Positions 15,974 through 30,624 of a DNA stretch of 64,000 bases are shown piece after piece. The notes under the pieces are model-generated. The model worked only from the letters and a program-made list of their open reading frames with translations, was not told the DNA's origin and made no database searches. The position numbers and the translations under genes are program-made. The DNA comes from Eledone cirrhosa (Eukaryota), in NCBI GenBank assembly GCA_964016885.1, contig OZ024740.1, positions 57,784,001 to 57,848,000 on the forward strand. The letters run 5' to 3'. Positions within the stretch are counted from its first letter, which is position 1, and each line of letters opens with the position of its first letter.

Positions 15974-16025
15974 AGAGGGGGAGAGAGAGAGAGAGAGAGA
16001 GAGAGGAAGAGAAAGAGAGAGAAAA

Positions 16026-16056
<31 letters not shown>

Positions 16057-17529
16057 TGGAACAAAAGATTTATTTGAAGTGAAGCATCTCCTATACACAA
16101 CCCACTATCTCCAAGGTACCTTGTTAGCAATAGTAACAATAAAAAAAATACAACTCTGAAATTAAAGTTTCAGGCTTACTAAAAGAAAATATTTGAATAG
16201 TTGATATGAAAATCATTGTAGCTGTATGTTAACTCTGTCCAGTTCTGCTTGACCAAACTCATAGTATAAAGGTCTCTGACTGAACAAAATAGTTGATTGG
16301 CATCACTGTTGAGATTTAACACTTAAAGTTAATGCTTTTTTTTCTTTTAAATATAGCAAGGAGTTTAATATGAACAGTTTGTATATTGCCATGCAGAAGT
16401 TCCGTCATCAGCACACAATATTGAGTTTTAAAATATTGATCAACAGCAAAGATAAAGAGATTGGTAGCAAACGTTTTTGTAGAAATCACTATAATATTTT
16501 GACTTCATAACATAGTCAAAGTGCTGTTTATTCAAATATTTTTTTAACTATCTATTTCCTGGTTACAAATTTGATTTTTCAAGTTACTTGAAAAAATGTT
16601 GCTCTTACAGAATAAACATATTGAAATAGATAAAATGAATATTTATTTCTCTCTGACACTAGAAAGATAAAGAGGGTAGATAAATAACATAACTTGTCAT
16701 AATCGGAGGCGACCAATCTTATTGTCTTCAAGAGAAAAGCAAAAAAGAATTAGCAATATAATTGAAGTGAAATGGCAACAAGAAGATATGAAAGCCAGGT
16801 CAGAAACTTGGTTCAGCAGTCGTTTATTTCCTACTCTATGAAACTTGTTACTGTGTGATATACAATTGATTAAAAACCACAGCCCAACACAACCGACCTT
16901 AACAGAAACCTTACTGGCTGCCAATAAAACTGAATTATCTATGTCAAATCACAGATAGCAATTATTGTATTTTACCTGATAAGGCTTCCTGTTCAGAATA
17001 AAGTCAATCTGATAACTAATATTCTTCATTATATCAGGAATAAAAATAAAATAAAAATGCAATAAAATCGATATACCTGACTATAAATCCTTTCTTAAAG
17101 AGTCACAAATATTTAGCAGAATAGTGAATGGCATTATCCTAACATGTTTATTACCACTATGGTCTTCTCTCATGAAATGCTCTACATTTACCAATATTTT
17201 CAAGTCAGCACTCTGATATCAACTTTTTCAATACACTAAAACAATGATTACAAGCATTGGTATAAAGTCGCAGATTTGTAGGGGAAAGATATTATCAACT
17301 GAATTAACCTCAATGTATTGAAGATATTTATCAACCTTGAAGGAACAAAAACCAAAGTTGGGATTAAAACTCAGAATATAGAAGACAGAAGAAGGTAGTG
17401 AAAGGGTATATTATTTCTGTTACTCCATTGCATTTCACTACAAATAATAATTTTTTTTTTTTTTTACATTGTAAATAGCAAATTCTGTATTAACTATTAA
17501 CGTGTGTGTGTGCGGTGTAGTAAATAAGT

Positions 17530-18030
17530 ATATACATAAACAACAGGTCCAGACACAAAGGAACCAAACTCCCACTGTCACTGCCTCTCCCACTCTCCCC
17601 AACTCACACTATTAAGAGCAAATGGAGGCCCACGCGCTGGTCATGCTGCGGCCACATTGGTCAGAATAGAGAAGACATTTCCCGGAAGATGATGAGGGAG
17701 ACGTGCTGGAAGAGCCATTCCAGCTCGCGAGGCACACACACCTGTAGGTAGCCAACTCTGTGTCAATTATGGTGAGCAGGGGCATGGCCCTAGGGCTAAG
17801 GACACCAAAAGTCTCGATTGCTATGGGCTCAACAGTAAACCTGTTGGAGAGCAACTGATATTTGGAGAGTTTAGCCTCCTCAGCCAAAAGTGCAACAGTG
17901 CCTGGGTTAGTCACAGACTTCACTAGGTTGCCACTGAAGAATGAGTCACTGCATGTGGCATCCCAGATGAGGTGTTTACCACTGCAGAACAGGAAGATAG
18001 TCATGCCATCTGGTCTTTTGCTGTTCCCAT
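17530..18030 (-). mobile_element. CRE-clade non-LTR retrotransposon remnant (restriction-like endonuclease)
   Basis: (R)PDGMT...GKHLIWDATCSD...AEEAKLSKY..L...EPIAIETFG motif typical of the CRE-type RLE. Confidence 0.75.
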
Positions 18031-18339
18031 TATTACAATTTCATATACTAGAAACCATGACATTTGTACATTATTCTATGTACTATACACCTTTGATGAG
18101 TTGTAGTGCACCTGAGCACTATACACAAACATTTCATTATTATTATTATTATTATAATTTCATATACTGACACACAAAGCTACACATTTTTAGATGCAAA
18201 ATAGTCAAGTTCTCATTTTATTGACAACTCACAAAGATAAAATCAAATCCAAGCCGGCATTTGAACCTAAAATAAAGGCAGTGATATCCTCATCATCATC
18301 ATTGACATTTACATCTCTTTTCCATACTGTCATGGGTTG

Positions 18340-18611
18340 GTTTGGTGGTTAGAGATTTGGATTCACAATCGCAAGGTTATGAGTTTGATTCCCAGGATGG
18401 GTAATGCATTACAACCCTGAGAAGGATGCTTTATTTCACATTGCTCCTTCTGTCAGGAGTTACAACAGGATGGGTAATGCATTACAACCCTGAGAAGAAT
18501 GCTTTATTTCACATTGCTCCTTCTGTCAGGAGTTACAACAGGATGGGTAATGCATTACAACCCTGAGAAGAATGCTTTATTTCACATTGCTCCTTCTGTC
18601 AGGAGTTACAA
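18340..18611 (+). repeat. SINE head followed by three tandem 73-bp units
   Basis: Units start at 18393, 18466 and 18539 and are near identical. They contain the CORE-like CCCTGAGAAG.ATGCTTTATTTCACATTGCTCC. Confidence 0.85.
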
Positions 18612-20776
18612 CTGGTAGATGGTATCAGCAATTGGAAAGACCAATGGAAACAAAAGAGAAGACAGTTCTTTTTTGGAGTTACTGTCTCCTAGATTATATC
18701 AGTCAGAGGATGACATCTTACTTGTATTTTCTATTTTAAGTATTGTTTCTGTGGCTGGATGCCTTTCTTACTAACAACCACTTTAGAATCTCTACTGAAT
18801 AGAACATTTCACCAACACTATAGGAGTTGGCATATCTTCAATCAGACTAAAGGGTCCTTTTAACCATATGTTGTCAACACTCATTTACCAACCATTCTAC
18901 AGGGTGAACAGGGGAGCACTTTATCATGACACCAGCACAATTAAGGTTGCCTTGTGTCCGGCAAGACAAAAATGTTCTCGAATAAAAGAAAAGGCAATGG
19001 CAACTAAACAGCCAGGATGAGTGTGTGAGAGGAGTAAGAGTATGTTGGGTGAGAAGATAGTAGAGATGGGAGTAATGGAAGAAGCAGTGTAGGAGAGGTT
19101 AACAGAAGAAAGACAGTGGTGGCAGTTATGTTTGCTACTCATTGAGAGATTAAGTGAAGATAGTGATAAAGATGAACGATATTAAAAGAGTGATGGATGT
19201 TGTAACAAGTTACCTGGGGAGATGGAGAGATGGCTGACAGCACAGAAACTTAAATCTAAAAATAAAAACTAAATACTATAAAATACATTTAGTCTCCTGT
19301 TCTACAAGTCCAATACAACACCATGTTTATCTATATCTAATATAATATTTTCATCAATATAATATACACATGATATTATCAAAATGTGACCAACAAAATA
19401 ATAAAATTATCATATGGTATCAGATATGAACAGTTAAAAATTGACATATTCCACCATAAATATAATTGAATAATTGTAATTATCTGAAATCTAAAAGCCA
19501 ATAATCATAGGAAATTATTTTCTAACATTTCAAAAATATATATAAATTCTACCAAATTCTGGCAACATTACAAATTGTAATATCACAATTGTTCTAAATT
19601 ACAAAATTATTTTGAAGAATAATTGGTGGCACAATTATATAAGTTTAAAAAATAAAAAACACCAATGAAAGACAAACATTATCATCAACATCATTTTTTA
19701 CATACATTGCCTTTCCATAGTCGATTTGATAGGACTTCATGAGACAGTATTTTACAATCAAATTCTCTTACTGATACCAACTCTTTCAGTTGCTTCTGAT
19801 AACATATAGAGATATGGTGTATGGTATGGTCCCATAACTCGTGATAGAGTCTTAGGGGCGCCATATTGACATACAGTGTTTCTTGGGCATTTTAAGCCTG
19901 GTGGAGCCCATCCTTCTCCATGTCTGAGTACAGCAGATTTCTTCCAGAGAAGGATAGAAAGTGAGAGAAGAAATGAAAAAGAGATATAGAGAATCGACCA
20001 CAGTACTAGACTGGTACATTTTTTTATTGACCTTAAAAGGATGAAAGGATGAAAGGCAAAGTTGACCTCGGTGAGATTTGAACTCAGAGAGCCAGAATGA
20101 ATACCATAAAGCAAAGTATCTGATGTTCTAACAACTCTGCCAATTCACTGCCTATATGATTTTAAAAACCAACAGATTTATGGATACACCCATCATATTA
20201 TCAAAATGGAGCCAGCAAATAATATTATCATAAACGTTCATGATATTAGATATTAACAGTTCTAACAAAATCACATCTTCCAACATAAATATTATTGAAC
20301 AAATCTTAACCATTTTGATACCTAACTGCCTGAAACTGTCCCAGATTCTATGATACAAAACTTTTCATCTCAATTACTCCTGTGCATCTTCTACATGCAA
20401 AGTTTTCCCTTCCTGTTAGTCTACTCGTTATCCCACTACATCTTTTATTTATCTGAAAAGAACTTCCATCATCATTTTAAAGAACCTTTCATCATCGTTC
20501 ATCATCGTTTAACGTCCATCTTCCACGCTGTTATATTCCAAATGCCATGTTAATAATGAGAAAGTTAGTTCAAATTATTATTTTCAAAATTATTTGAAAA
20601 TCATAGACAGAGCCTTCCATTAGTAATTTGATAATGAAAGGGTTAAATCTAAGAGCTAGTAATCATAGGAAATTATTTCATAATTTTTTTTTTTAAATGC
20701 ATACATTCTACCTAATTTTGGCAATATAACAAATTGTAATATCGCAGCTTGTTCTAAATCACACAACTATGTTTAA

Positions 20777-21246
20777 CCCTTTAGCATTTAAACCAGCCAT
20801 GTCTGGCCAGAATTCTCTCACCTCTTCCTGTTCAAACTGGCTGTAACCGACTGTTCATACTAATGTTAAGGTATTGTTCTCAAAATAAATAGTATCAAAA
20901 TCTGATTCGATATTATGTGAGATATTATGCGAGATAAAGTGTTTACTGTGAAAATACAATAGTATATATACAGTAATGTAAATACTAAAAGGTTAAAAAA
21001 AACAGTTAATTCTTTCACTAACCATTGTGTGGAACTGATGTTTAACCCTTTAGCATTTATATCACTCTATATTGTATTCATGTGGTAAAGGCTTTATCTT
21101 ACATAATATCGAATCTATGAGATTCTTATATTATTTATTTTGAAAACAATACCTTATCATCAGTATGAGCGGCCAGTTACAGCCAGTTTGAACAGAAAGA
21201 GGAGAGAGAACTCTAGCCGGATATGGCCAGTTTAAATGCTAAAGGG
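20777..21246. mobile_element. Two piggyBac-like MITE family 1 copies in opposite orientation (20777-20992, 21046-21246)
   Basis: Each has TTAA TSDs and CCCTTTAGCATTTA-type TIRs; the internal sequence is inverted between the two. Confidence 0.8.
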
Positions 21247-21658
21247 TTAACTCCCTCTTTGATACTGGCAAGAGAATCAACAACTTGACTTCACCAAGAT
21301 CAGACAATTATTTGTTGGAATTAACTTTCCCTAATCTATTTTCCAGATGTAAATGTAATTTTCCTTGATCTATCTTCAGAAGTAAAAGTAAAAGTGCTTG
21401 TCTTCAAAGATGGAGCTTGAATTTAATCACTCAACCTAGTAGTAATAGCAATCAAATCTTACACAAATCCCCCTCTATATATCTTTAAAAAATAAAGGAA
21501 AGACATTGAATTATGTAGTCTGAGATAAACTACATCTGAAAAGACAAAATAGTCATGGCTAGAATGGCTTTCATCATAGGTTTGCTCAACATTGGCTGAG
21601 CTGGAGATAAGCAAAAACAACTGCTGGTGCTTTCTTGTAATTTGGACAGAATACTTAA

Positions 21659-21881
21659 CCTTTTTTATACCAAACTGCTCAAAACCACCCTGGATTTATG
21701 ATACAAAACTACCCATTTTAAATGTTTTTCCTTATATTAAATTCTTCTATTACAATTTTATCCAAGAAAGTTTTCTATATATCAGCTTACTAATGAAAAA
21801 ATTATTATATTAAATTCCTCCAAATATTTGATAAGTTTTAAAATTTCTTGAAATATATAGGCAGATAATGGAATGAAAGGG
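21659..21881. mobile_element. piggyBac-like MITE family 2 (other copies ~20310-20642, 27138-27372, partial at 4027)
   Basis: TTAA|CC.TTTT.ATA.CAAAC...AAAGGG|TTAA with shared internal TATGATACAAA. Confidence 0.65.
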
Positions 21882-22707
21882 TTAATTTCTCATGCCTCAG
21901 TCAGTATATCTGTCAGGAAAAAGCAGCATATCATTTTATAATGTTAATTAAAATAGATCAACATTCTTTCTCATCCATTTAAGCCTTTGATACCAACTGA
22001 CCTATGACCACTTCTAGTCCTTTTATACAACAATCTCACTTTTAAACTAAAACCTTCCTTCACCATTTCATATAAGAACCTTTTGTTCAGCTATTATGAT
22101 CCAAATATCAGCTTAATAATTAAAAAGTTATTTATTTCACAAAATCCCTCCAAATAATTTTATTCAAATTATTTTCAATTTTTTTTTTAAACACAGGCAT
22201 TAGAATTATGTTAATGAAAGTGTTAATTCCATGAAACTATAGCAAAGCACCAGCACTTAAATGTTCTGAAGCTATATTTATTTATTTCATCACAAGCAAA
22301 ATTAGGTATCTTATAAAAAAACACACTGAGAATACAAATAAGATGAGTTCAGGCCCTATGAACACCTTAACCAAGAGTTTCTAGTCAGCCGCACGCACTC
22401 AACTATTTGTTTTCCTGTAAAACATAAAGAGAAAAGTGAGAGTGGCAGAACCCATCCAGGATATAGCTAAATATTGCAGGAACTAGGAGTATATGAAGTG
22501 AAAATGACCAGATCAGAATCTGATCCTGAATCACAGGCAAATATTGCTTCCAAAATGTATCATTCAAATGTCAAATACACATCATTGTTAGAAATAGCAG
22601 CCAAATCTAGCTTAAATTAAAACCAAGTCTTGGTCATGAAATTATGTCTATGACCAGATTGCAAACAGAGCAACTAATATTGTGACACCAAGAAATAATT
22701 AATAAGT

Positions 22708-23044
22708 AATACAGAAGACCCGACTTCCCACGGGAAAAAGCCGAAGCATATAGGCAATATGCCCCCATCCCCTCCCACTGCAAAGTGGTGGTGGAGGTGT
22801 CATGACAAAAAAGCTCACAGCCCACACTGTAAAGTGGACGTGTAGGCGCCACAGAAAAAAAGCACCCACCACTCACTGTAAATAAGGTTGGTGTTAGGAA
22901 GAGCATCCAGCTGTAGAAGTCAAGCCAAAATCAGTTCCCGTATAAGCAAGACAAGGTCAGCCAACCTAACATTGCTCACAACAGGACAACACATCTAACC
23001 CATGCTAGCATGGCAGAATCGATGTAAAACAGTGATGATGATGA
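22708..23044 (+). mobile_element. RTE subfamily B 3' UTR fragment
   Basis: Diverged match to 7340-7681, with (GAT)n tail. Confidence 0.85.
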
Positions 23045-24649
23045 AAGTGTGGTAAAGTTAACAACTGTGAAACTATAACCTTTATTTATTTATTTAGATA
23101 TATTAATATACTTTTCTCATAGATCTCTGTGTATATCGGTTTAGAATAAACTTTATTGCTTCATGTCATAAGAGAAAACTAAAAGGATTGACACCAGGTA
23201 GGGCATCTGGCTGTAAACCATTGCTTCAAAAATGACCCTATGATGAACATGAAGTTTTTCATGGGACTCATAGGAAATAAATGGCCTTAAAATGCTTGGC
23301 GTCACTGCATATGCTTCTCAGAACTAAATTCATAGAAGTTAATGAGTTGCAACAGGGTTCTTGTAACCAGGTAAGACAATTTGTGGTCTCCAGAAAAACA
23401 TGCTGAGACTTGATTTTTAGAGATGTGAAGCATTGTCCACTCCCTTCTCAAGACGGAAACTTATTTCTACTTATTATCCAAAAAAAACTCAGACTACAAT
23501 ACTGTTTATTCTGTTTTAACATAAACAAATAAATGTAGACCTCTCTCAATGATGACTGATAAATCTAACAAAATTTATAGCTGACGTGAAGTATATTACT
23601 GGTAATTTTCTTGTTTGTTGCTATACCAACAATAACCAATTCAAACAGAGGGATCCATTAATAATAATGTTTACAGACATCAGCTACAGATAAAAAATTT
23701 CCAAGCAAATAAAAATGAAAATCATTAAAAAAAATATTCGGTTGTGAATAAAAGACAAAAAAAATTTAAGAATTCCTATTCTATGGTTGAAAGAAAAAAA
23801 AACGTCTTATGATGATAGTTCACTTGTCATATTAACAACACTGTCTGTCCACAGCTTCTGGCCATTTATGCAAAACTCAGTGTACCTGATCAAAATGATC
23901 AACATTTTTCTTCTCCATCAGAGGTTTTATGTCTATTTGTTGTTTGCATAAGTCAGCCAGATATTCTAATACACACACAAATCAAACACACACATATGCA
24001 CCCAGATATTCTAACTCACACATGCACACACACCAACAAGCTCCTTGTTTAAGGCAAACACTTTTAAAAACACGTTTGTATTTTAGTCTGAAAAATTTAC
24101 CAAAGTATTTTTTTAAATTTTCTTTTATTTAGAGTATTATATTTTTCATTCTATTTAGTGGAGATGAAAAAAATCGTCTGAGGTTTTCTGTTCTGGTTTA
24201 TCCAAGCATTTTGAATGAGACTTTCTCACATTATAAAAGATCACTTATATGTTTCTGTTTGTTTGCTTTCTTCTTCTCTTTCTTTCTCTTCACATTTTTT
24301 CTTTTCCGAATGATAAAGAGGAAAGATAGGAAATCTTGATAAACAATTGCTTATCTCTACAATCATCATCATTTTCATATCCATTTTTCCATGATAGTAT
24401 GGGTTGGATGTGACTTTTGAGGCAATATTCTACAACTGAATGGCCTTCCTGATACCAACCCTTGTTCTGTTTAGTCTTTTAAAATAAGATATTCATCTTC
24501 GAACATAGCTGAAAGATTTTTTCTTATGCAATACATAAATAAACATGATTACTAGCGCTAAATGTGAGAATAAGATTAAGACATGGAGACATACGCACAC
24601 ATATATTCTTGGCAGAGACTATAGTCCTAGTAAGTTGAAAGGAATACAA

Positions 24650-26572
24650 GTACCTAAACTCTTCAGGAAAATAGCCCAGCTCAGTGTGTAAGAAAAGGTG
24701 GGTAGAAATTCCATCCTCTGTCCCAAATGCAAACTATGAGTACACAAGATAGGTAGCGGGATCTCAGGTAGACTAGTAAAGAACATATGAGTTGAAACGC
24801 CTACAATGAAAATGCTAAGTAGGAAAGAGGACAGGAGAGTGATACTACCAGGGAAATTGCCTTCGTTATGTCAGAAATGGGTAGGCAGAATTACTATAAG
24901 GTGCACACAGTGCAATCTATGGACACAAAGAGATGTAATGGGGTTGCAGGTAGATTAACAGAAAAGATAAACTTTGTGTGTTGCAGATGGATAGGAGAAG
25001 TAAGCACTAAGAACCCATGTGAAATAGATTCCTTCAGCAGCCAAGGAGGCTCCTTAGAAGTTGTCAACAGCTTTTGCTACCTAAGTGATCAAATTAGCAG
25101 TGGGGGAAAATGCACTGAAAGTGTGATAGTTAGGATAAAAACAGGCTGGAAGAAGTTTAGAGAGCTAATACCTCTGCTGGTAACAAAGGGCTTCTTGCTC
25201 AAAGTGAAGAGTAGACTGTATGATGCCTGTGTGCGAACTGCAATGCTACACGGCAGTGAAACATGAGCTTTAACCACAGAAGACATGTGAAGGCTGGAAA
25301 GAAATGAAGCGAGTATGTTTTGATGGATGTCTAATGTTAGTATGCATAAACGATGTAGCATAAATGAACTGAGAGGAAAACTTGCCATAAGAGGAATTGG
25401 ATGCAATGTGCAAGAGAGAAGACTGTGCTGATATGGACATGCGATGCGCATGGAGGGTAGCAGCTACATTAAGAAATGCACAGTAATCCTAGTGGCTAGA
25501 ATCCAAGCAAAAGACAGATCCAAGAAGACATGGGATTAGGTAGTGAAGAACGACTTTAAGAAATTATAACTGAGATGACAAAGGATCAAGGGGGATGGTG
25601 CTATACTGTGATGATGAAGACCAGGCTAGAAGATTACAATATGACCTGATCCATCCATGAATCTCTCCCACTAACACTCCCCAGCATCTATCCTCACCAT
25701 TACTGCACCCACCACACATGCCCCCTCCAGAAGCATTCCTTAACTACTACCCACCTCTCAAGACCTTAGATACCCTCACCATTGCACCCTAGTAGCTACT
25801 CTCCCTACCCATTGTTCCCCTCCCACCACCACCCTAGTAGCTACTCTCTACCTCTTGTTCACCTCTACTTCACCCCTTACCTATCTTTCCACCACAATCC
25901 CCTATCAACCACATCTCCTCTCCTCATACACCAATCACTACCCTTACCCCCTATCTATCTCTCCATCACACCCCCACCCCCATCATATTGACCACATCCT
26001 TCACACCACTTATCCCATGCACTAATCAGCTGCCCCTACCCTTTACTTATTGCCCTGCCAAATCCCCACATACACCTATAACAGCATACCTATCTCCCTT
26101 CCCCATTTCCCCCTCCCCCTCTCCACAGCTAAAAGGGCTTTATTGTTGGGTCTATGACCAACAACCTCTCTAGTGGTGGTGCAACGAAAATGCACCCAGG
26201 ACACTCAGTAAGGGTGGTTGCCAACAGGAAGGGCACCGTGCTGTAGAAACCATTCCTAAAAGGGTTGAGAGGACCCTTTAGGTGTGTCAAAGACACAACA
26301 CCCTCTCTAGTGTTGGTGATCAACATGATAAATGCACCCACTATATGCTGTAAAGTGGTTGGTGATAGGAAGGGCATCCAACTTCAGAAAGCTTGCCAAA
26401 CAAAGGGTTGGGAGAACCTTTTAGTTGTGTCAAGGACATGATAGCCTCTCCTATGCACTTGATAGAACATATGACCACACGTGAGATGCAGACCTCTCAG
26501 CCTGTTTGGGAGGTCAGTAGCCCTGTCTACCCCTTAATAGCAGGGAAAGTAAACATTAAATGATGATGATAA
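24650..26572 (+). mobile_element. Older degenerate PHD-RTE LINE with C/T-rich 3' UTR
   Basis: Broken ...SFCYLSD...KFRELIPLL...AMLHGSET and RRLCxYGHAMRM. Duplicated AGGAAGGGCA 3' module; (TGA)n tail. Confidence 0.8.
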
Positions 26573-28189
26573 TATATATAAATGCGACCTGACCTATCTA
26601 ACTGCTTGCTGGGTCTTGAATACTGTAATTCTTCTTTTGACTACAACATCAAGCATTTTAAGGCCATTTTCACTGTTAAAGATAGAGTTAGCCATGCGAG
26701 GAGTATAACAGACTTTGCCATTTTGCTCTATTGGTTGCATCCCTCCTCACAAAATCTCTGGCTTTCATTTCCTTCCCTATCATCTTTAGCCATGTCTTTC
26801 TTAGTGTTCCCCTGCCTACACTTCCTTACAATTCCACCTCTAACTAATTCATAAAAAAAAAAAATGGTAATGATTACATGGACAATAATTAATTCACACG
26901 AAAGTTCAAAGAATAGTTTGATAAGTTCCATTCATAACAACATTGTTCCTTTCACACACAATTTTATTGTCTCTCAAGTACATCAACCAAGCCATATTCA
27001 ATTCATACAATTTGTATTTCTGAAAATCTTCTGGATTCATTATTCACATTAATGATTCATTAACAAAGTATAATTTTGCTTCCATATAATATTGCACACT
27101 TTTCATATAAAAACAATCTTTTTATTAACAGTTCCTACCCTTTTGATATCAAACTACCTGAAACTGCCCCTGGACCTATGATACAAAGCTGTTTGTTTTA
27201 AATTGTTTATATTTATCTAAAAACTTTCTATCATAATTTTATGTAAGAACCTTTGTTAAGCTATGTTCCAAACACCAAGTTAGTAATGAGAAATTCCTAC
27301 AAATTCTTGATTTTCAAAATAATTTGAAAATCAGAGACAATGTCATTCATCAGAAATATGGTAACAAAAGGGTTAATTATGATACTCCTGTTGTTTACAA
27401 CAAGTGAACTGTACCAAACCCATATTTATAGTTTGGTAGAGTCGACAATGAGAGTTAAATATTTTGATGATGTCAGAGAGAAAATTTAATCTCCCAACAT
27501 TTTAGTACCAAATGCTCTTATTGAAAGATTTACTGCAAATGAGGCACAAAAAGTGATTACTTTTGTCAGGTGTTCTACATCCTTTATGTATATAAATTAC
27601 ATATTATTATTATGAACATTATCAATGAGTAAAGAAAAGACAAGTTTTATCAAAATAACAGATTAATACACAAGGTGTTTTATAGTTGTTATTTAGCACC
27701 AGGAAGGCTCTGAATGAGCAGATCTATAAATCAAAGAGATTTTAGATTTCAGAAAAGATAAACACTCTCTCGGTGTATTGTGTGACTAAAAAGGTTAGCA
27801 TCATTTAGGGCATCTAGTCATAAAATACTGCTGCAAGATATCAGCATGAAAGAGAAGACCTAAAAAAGATGATGACTGTTAATGTCCCTCTTCAAGTTGA
27901 TGGCTTGAAACTCAAACAAGGAAGGAATGCCAAAGGACTGCACATAGTGAAAGGTATAAGAGGGAGAGACACATATTGGGTGGCCAGGAAGAGAGATTAG
28001 TGAGTCAGAATAGAATGAAGATTTGGCTATTTTTAGCTGATCATGTGACCATGTAGAAGTTCACTCAAGAGTTTGTGATGCTTTATAGTTATTTAATTTG
28101 CTGTCTAACATGTGTACTCAAATAGTCAAGAGAATCAATCTAATAAGCCAATGAGGTAACTAACCTAACAAGTCAACAAAGGCGCCGCC

Positions 28190-28372
28190 ATGTGGTTGCT
28201 CAACCTGCTAGAAATCGCAGTCAAATCTTTACAAATATCCCCTACCATCTTGAAAGTGGACATGTTGCATGTTATCCTGGGTTCTTTGTATGTAGAAAAA
28301 AGAAATGGTCAGGCTGGAACACCTTTGAACATAAGTCTCCTTAATCATGGCTGACCTATGGTTAAACAATAA
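28190..28372 (+). repeat. Unclassified dispersed repeat (copies ~1050-1220, 21420-21620, 30470-30620 rev, 46780-47135)
   Basis: Shared CTAGAAAT.GCAG.CAAATC...GGACA..TT..AT.T.GTCCT...TGACCT.GG.TAAACAA pattern. Confidence 0.55.
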
Positions 28373-29349
28373 CCTTTCCTTCTCCCTACTATCTTCTCAC
28401 CATCAAACCTAAACTACCAGCTAAACTTTTCACTTAATTCTGCCCATCCAAATCTACAAGCTTCTAGAACTTTCTGTTCACATATTTCCAACACTGGAAA
28501 TATACTAACTGAACATCAACCTGCCGAGTATGGCAATGCTTGCAATACACTTCTTCCCGGGACTAAATTAATAAAGACAAATATACTTCATACTTAAAAA
28601 ATCTTAGGTTTCATTATTCAGTTTTCATTAAAATCATAAACATAATTATATATAGCCAAAGTTATTTCATAGTAACAAACATTCCTTAAGGGAAACATTG
28701 CAGAAAAATAAAGTGTAATATAAATGTGTATTAATTTACTTAGAATTTAAATTACTTGATTTTAAATTGAAAATCTTTATTCATTTCTAAAGTTGGATTT
28801 CTAGGAAAAACTTTTCAAAATAACCATAATTATATTTAATATGAATTACAATCGCCATGAGCGATCATCGTTATAAAATTTTGAATTAACAATTAAGAAA
28901 TAGTAAACTTCCTTGAAGACTTAAAGATATGATAGAACTAGTTTGTATCACTATTGGACAGTGGTGATAAACACATTAGTGATGTGATATGTTTGCAATG
29001 TTCTAAATCTCCACTGATCTATACCTATTCCAGTAACAATATTTATTATATCATTCATTTCATGAACTACAGATAAGCAAGAACACAAAATATCATTTCC
29101 ATTCCCCAATGAGTTAGATGCTAAATGACTTTTGACTTATTTTATATGTTTAGCCCAAAGTTGACCTTGATTAATGGATCTATGATCAAAGGGTATTGTA
29201 ACCATAAGTATTTGAGTTCTTTTTCAGGAATAGTGTACCACAGATTACCTAACAGTAGTGTGGATGCTGTGATAAAAAGCTCCCTGTACATTCAGTAAAG
29301 TGGTAGTAGGATTCCTTCCTCAGAGTGATACCATCATCCTGATTTGGCA

Positions 29350-29790
29350 GACAATAACATCAGTTCTAGGACAAAAGACACTGGAGATCTCAATAGTGAC
29401 CAGCATAAAAAAGAATCAGTCAGTCAAAACTTGGTATTTGGTCATCTTTTGCTCCTCTGTATTACCAAATTTGTGGCTGAAATGAGGAAATTAGCACTGG
29501 AAAAACTGTCACATGTAGCATCCCAGATGAGTGGGCTTCTACTACCCCACTTGAACAGGAAAAAAGTTATCCCATCTGGGTATCTTTATGGTCAGGACTG
29601 ACAGGTTCCAGTTGTGACAAGAAACTGGTTGCATTGAAGCTCCCTTTAATGATGTAATTTAGAGCATCACACTTAGGAAAATATCCTGTGCTGTGGCGAC
29701 AAGAGAGCAGGTATAGCCCAAATTCTTCGACAGTGGTTCTACAGTAATATCTGTGTTGCTCACATGTAGGTGCCAAGAAGCAGAGTAACT
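29350..29790 (-). mobile_element. CRE-clade remnant
   Basis: Homologous to 17530-18030 (PDGIT..WDATCDSF), plus upstream LSCRH..G...DALNYII motif. Confidence 0.7.
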
Positions 29791-29801
29791 CTAATGTGAT
29801 T

Positions 29802-30014
29802 CCACTTTTGCATTTAAACTGGCCATATCCGGCCAGAATTCTCCCACTTTTTTCAGTTCAAACTGGCCGTAACCAGCCATTCATACTGCCATTAAGGTAT
29901 TCTTCTCAAAATAAATATCAAAATCTCATAGATTTTATATTATGTGTGATAATTATGTAAACCTTTACCATGGAAATATAATAGTATATATAGAGTAATG
30001 TAAATGCTTAAGGG
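29802..30014. mobile_element. piggyBac-like MITE family 1, decayed left end
   Basis: Internal match to 20777-20992; ends AAATGCTTAAGGG|TTAA. Confidence 0.7.
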
Positions 30015-30624
30015 TTAAGAGGTATACTGATTGACAAAGAGGGCACAGAATTAATCCACACACTGCTGTTTGATTGCAAGGAAACCAAAGAGAGACAATA
30101 GAATGTTGGTCAATTGAAGACTCAATCTCTATGTAGATTGAACTGCATTTGATATCAAAACCATCACCAAGCATATACAAAACTCTGAAATAATTGCTCT
30201 ATTTTCCCATCCTAGATCATTGATTTATTTAATCTAAATTAAAAGTTAAAGCTATTTTTTCCTACTTTTTACTTAAGTACCATCTTCATAAAACTAATTT
30301 TCAACTTCGATATCATTTATTGATTCTATTTTAAAAGGTCATGGGGGTGGGGTGTCTTATACTTTTTTTTTTAATTAAAAAAGAACTCCTTAATATGTTA
30401 GACTTCCTGAGATTTCTTTTAAATATCTGAATATTTTCCTGTTGGAAAATAAAACATGACAAAAGCACTGCAGAGTTAAGTCCAAGTTAGCTTTGATCAA
30501 GCAGATAAGAAGTTTCAACCCTAACTACCACGTCCTTTGTATATCTACTACTAAATTAATGCATTCTTTCACTTTTTTAAAGATGAGAATGCGATGCTTT
30601 GAGATATGGCTGTTATTTCTATTA

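Noticed and set aside
18393-18611. CRISPR-like periodicity
   Set aside because: Contiguous tandem units without unique spacers; eukaryotic context, no cas genes.
19501-20770. About 110-bp diverged duplication (19501-19612 and 20661-20770)
   Set aside because: AT-rich and diverged, with no termini or structure to suggest function.
29020-29075. Minus-strand ...VTGI|gt as TCEANC2 exon 2
   Set aside because: Upstream residues do not match the expected VVVEDI...KKIPS pattern.
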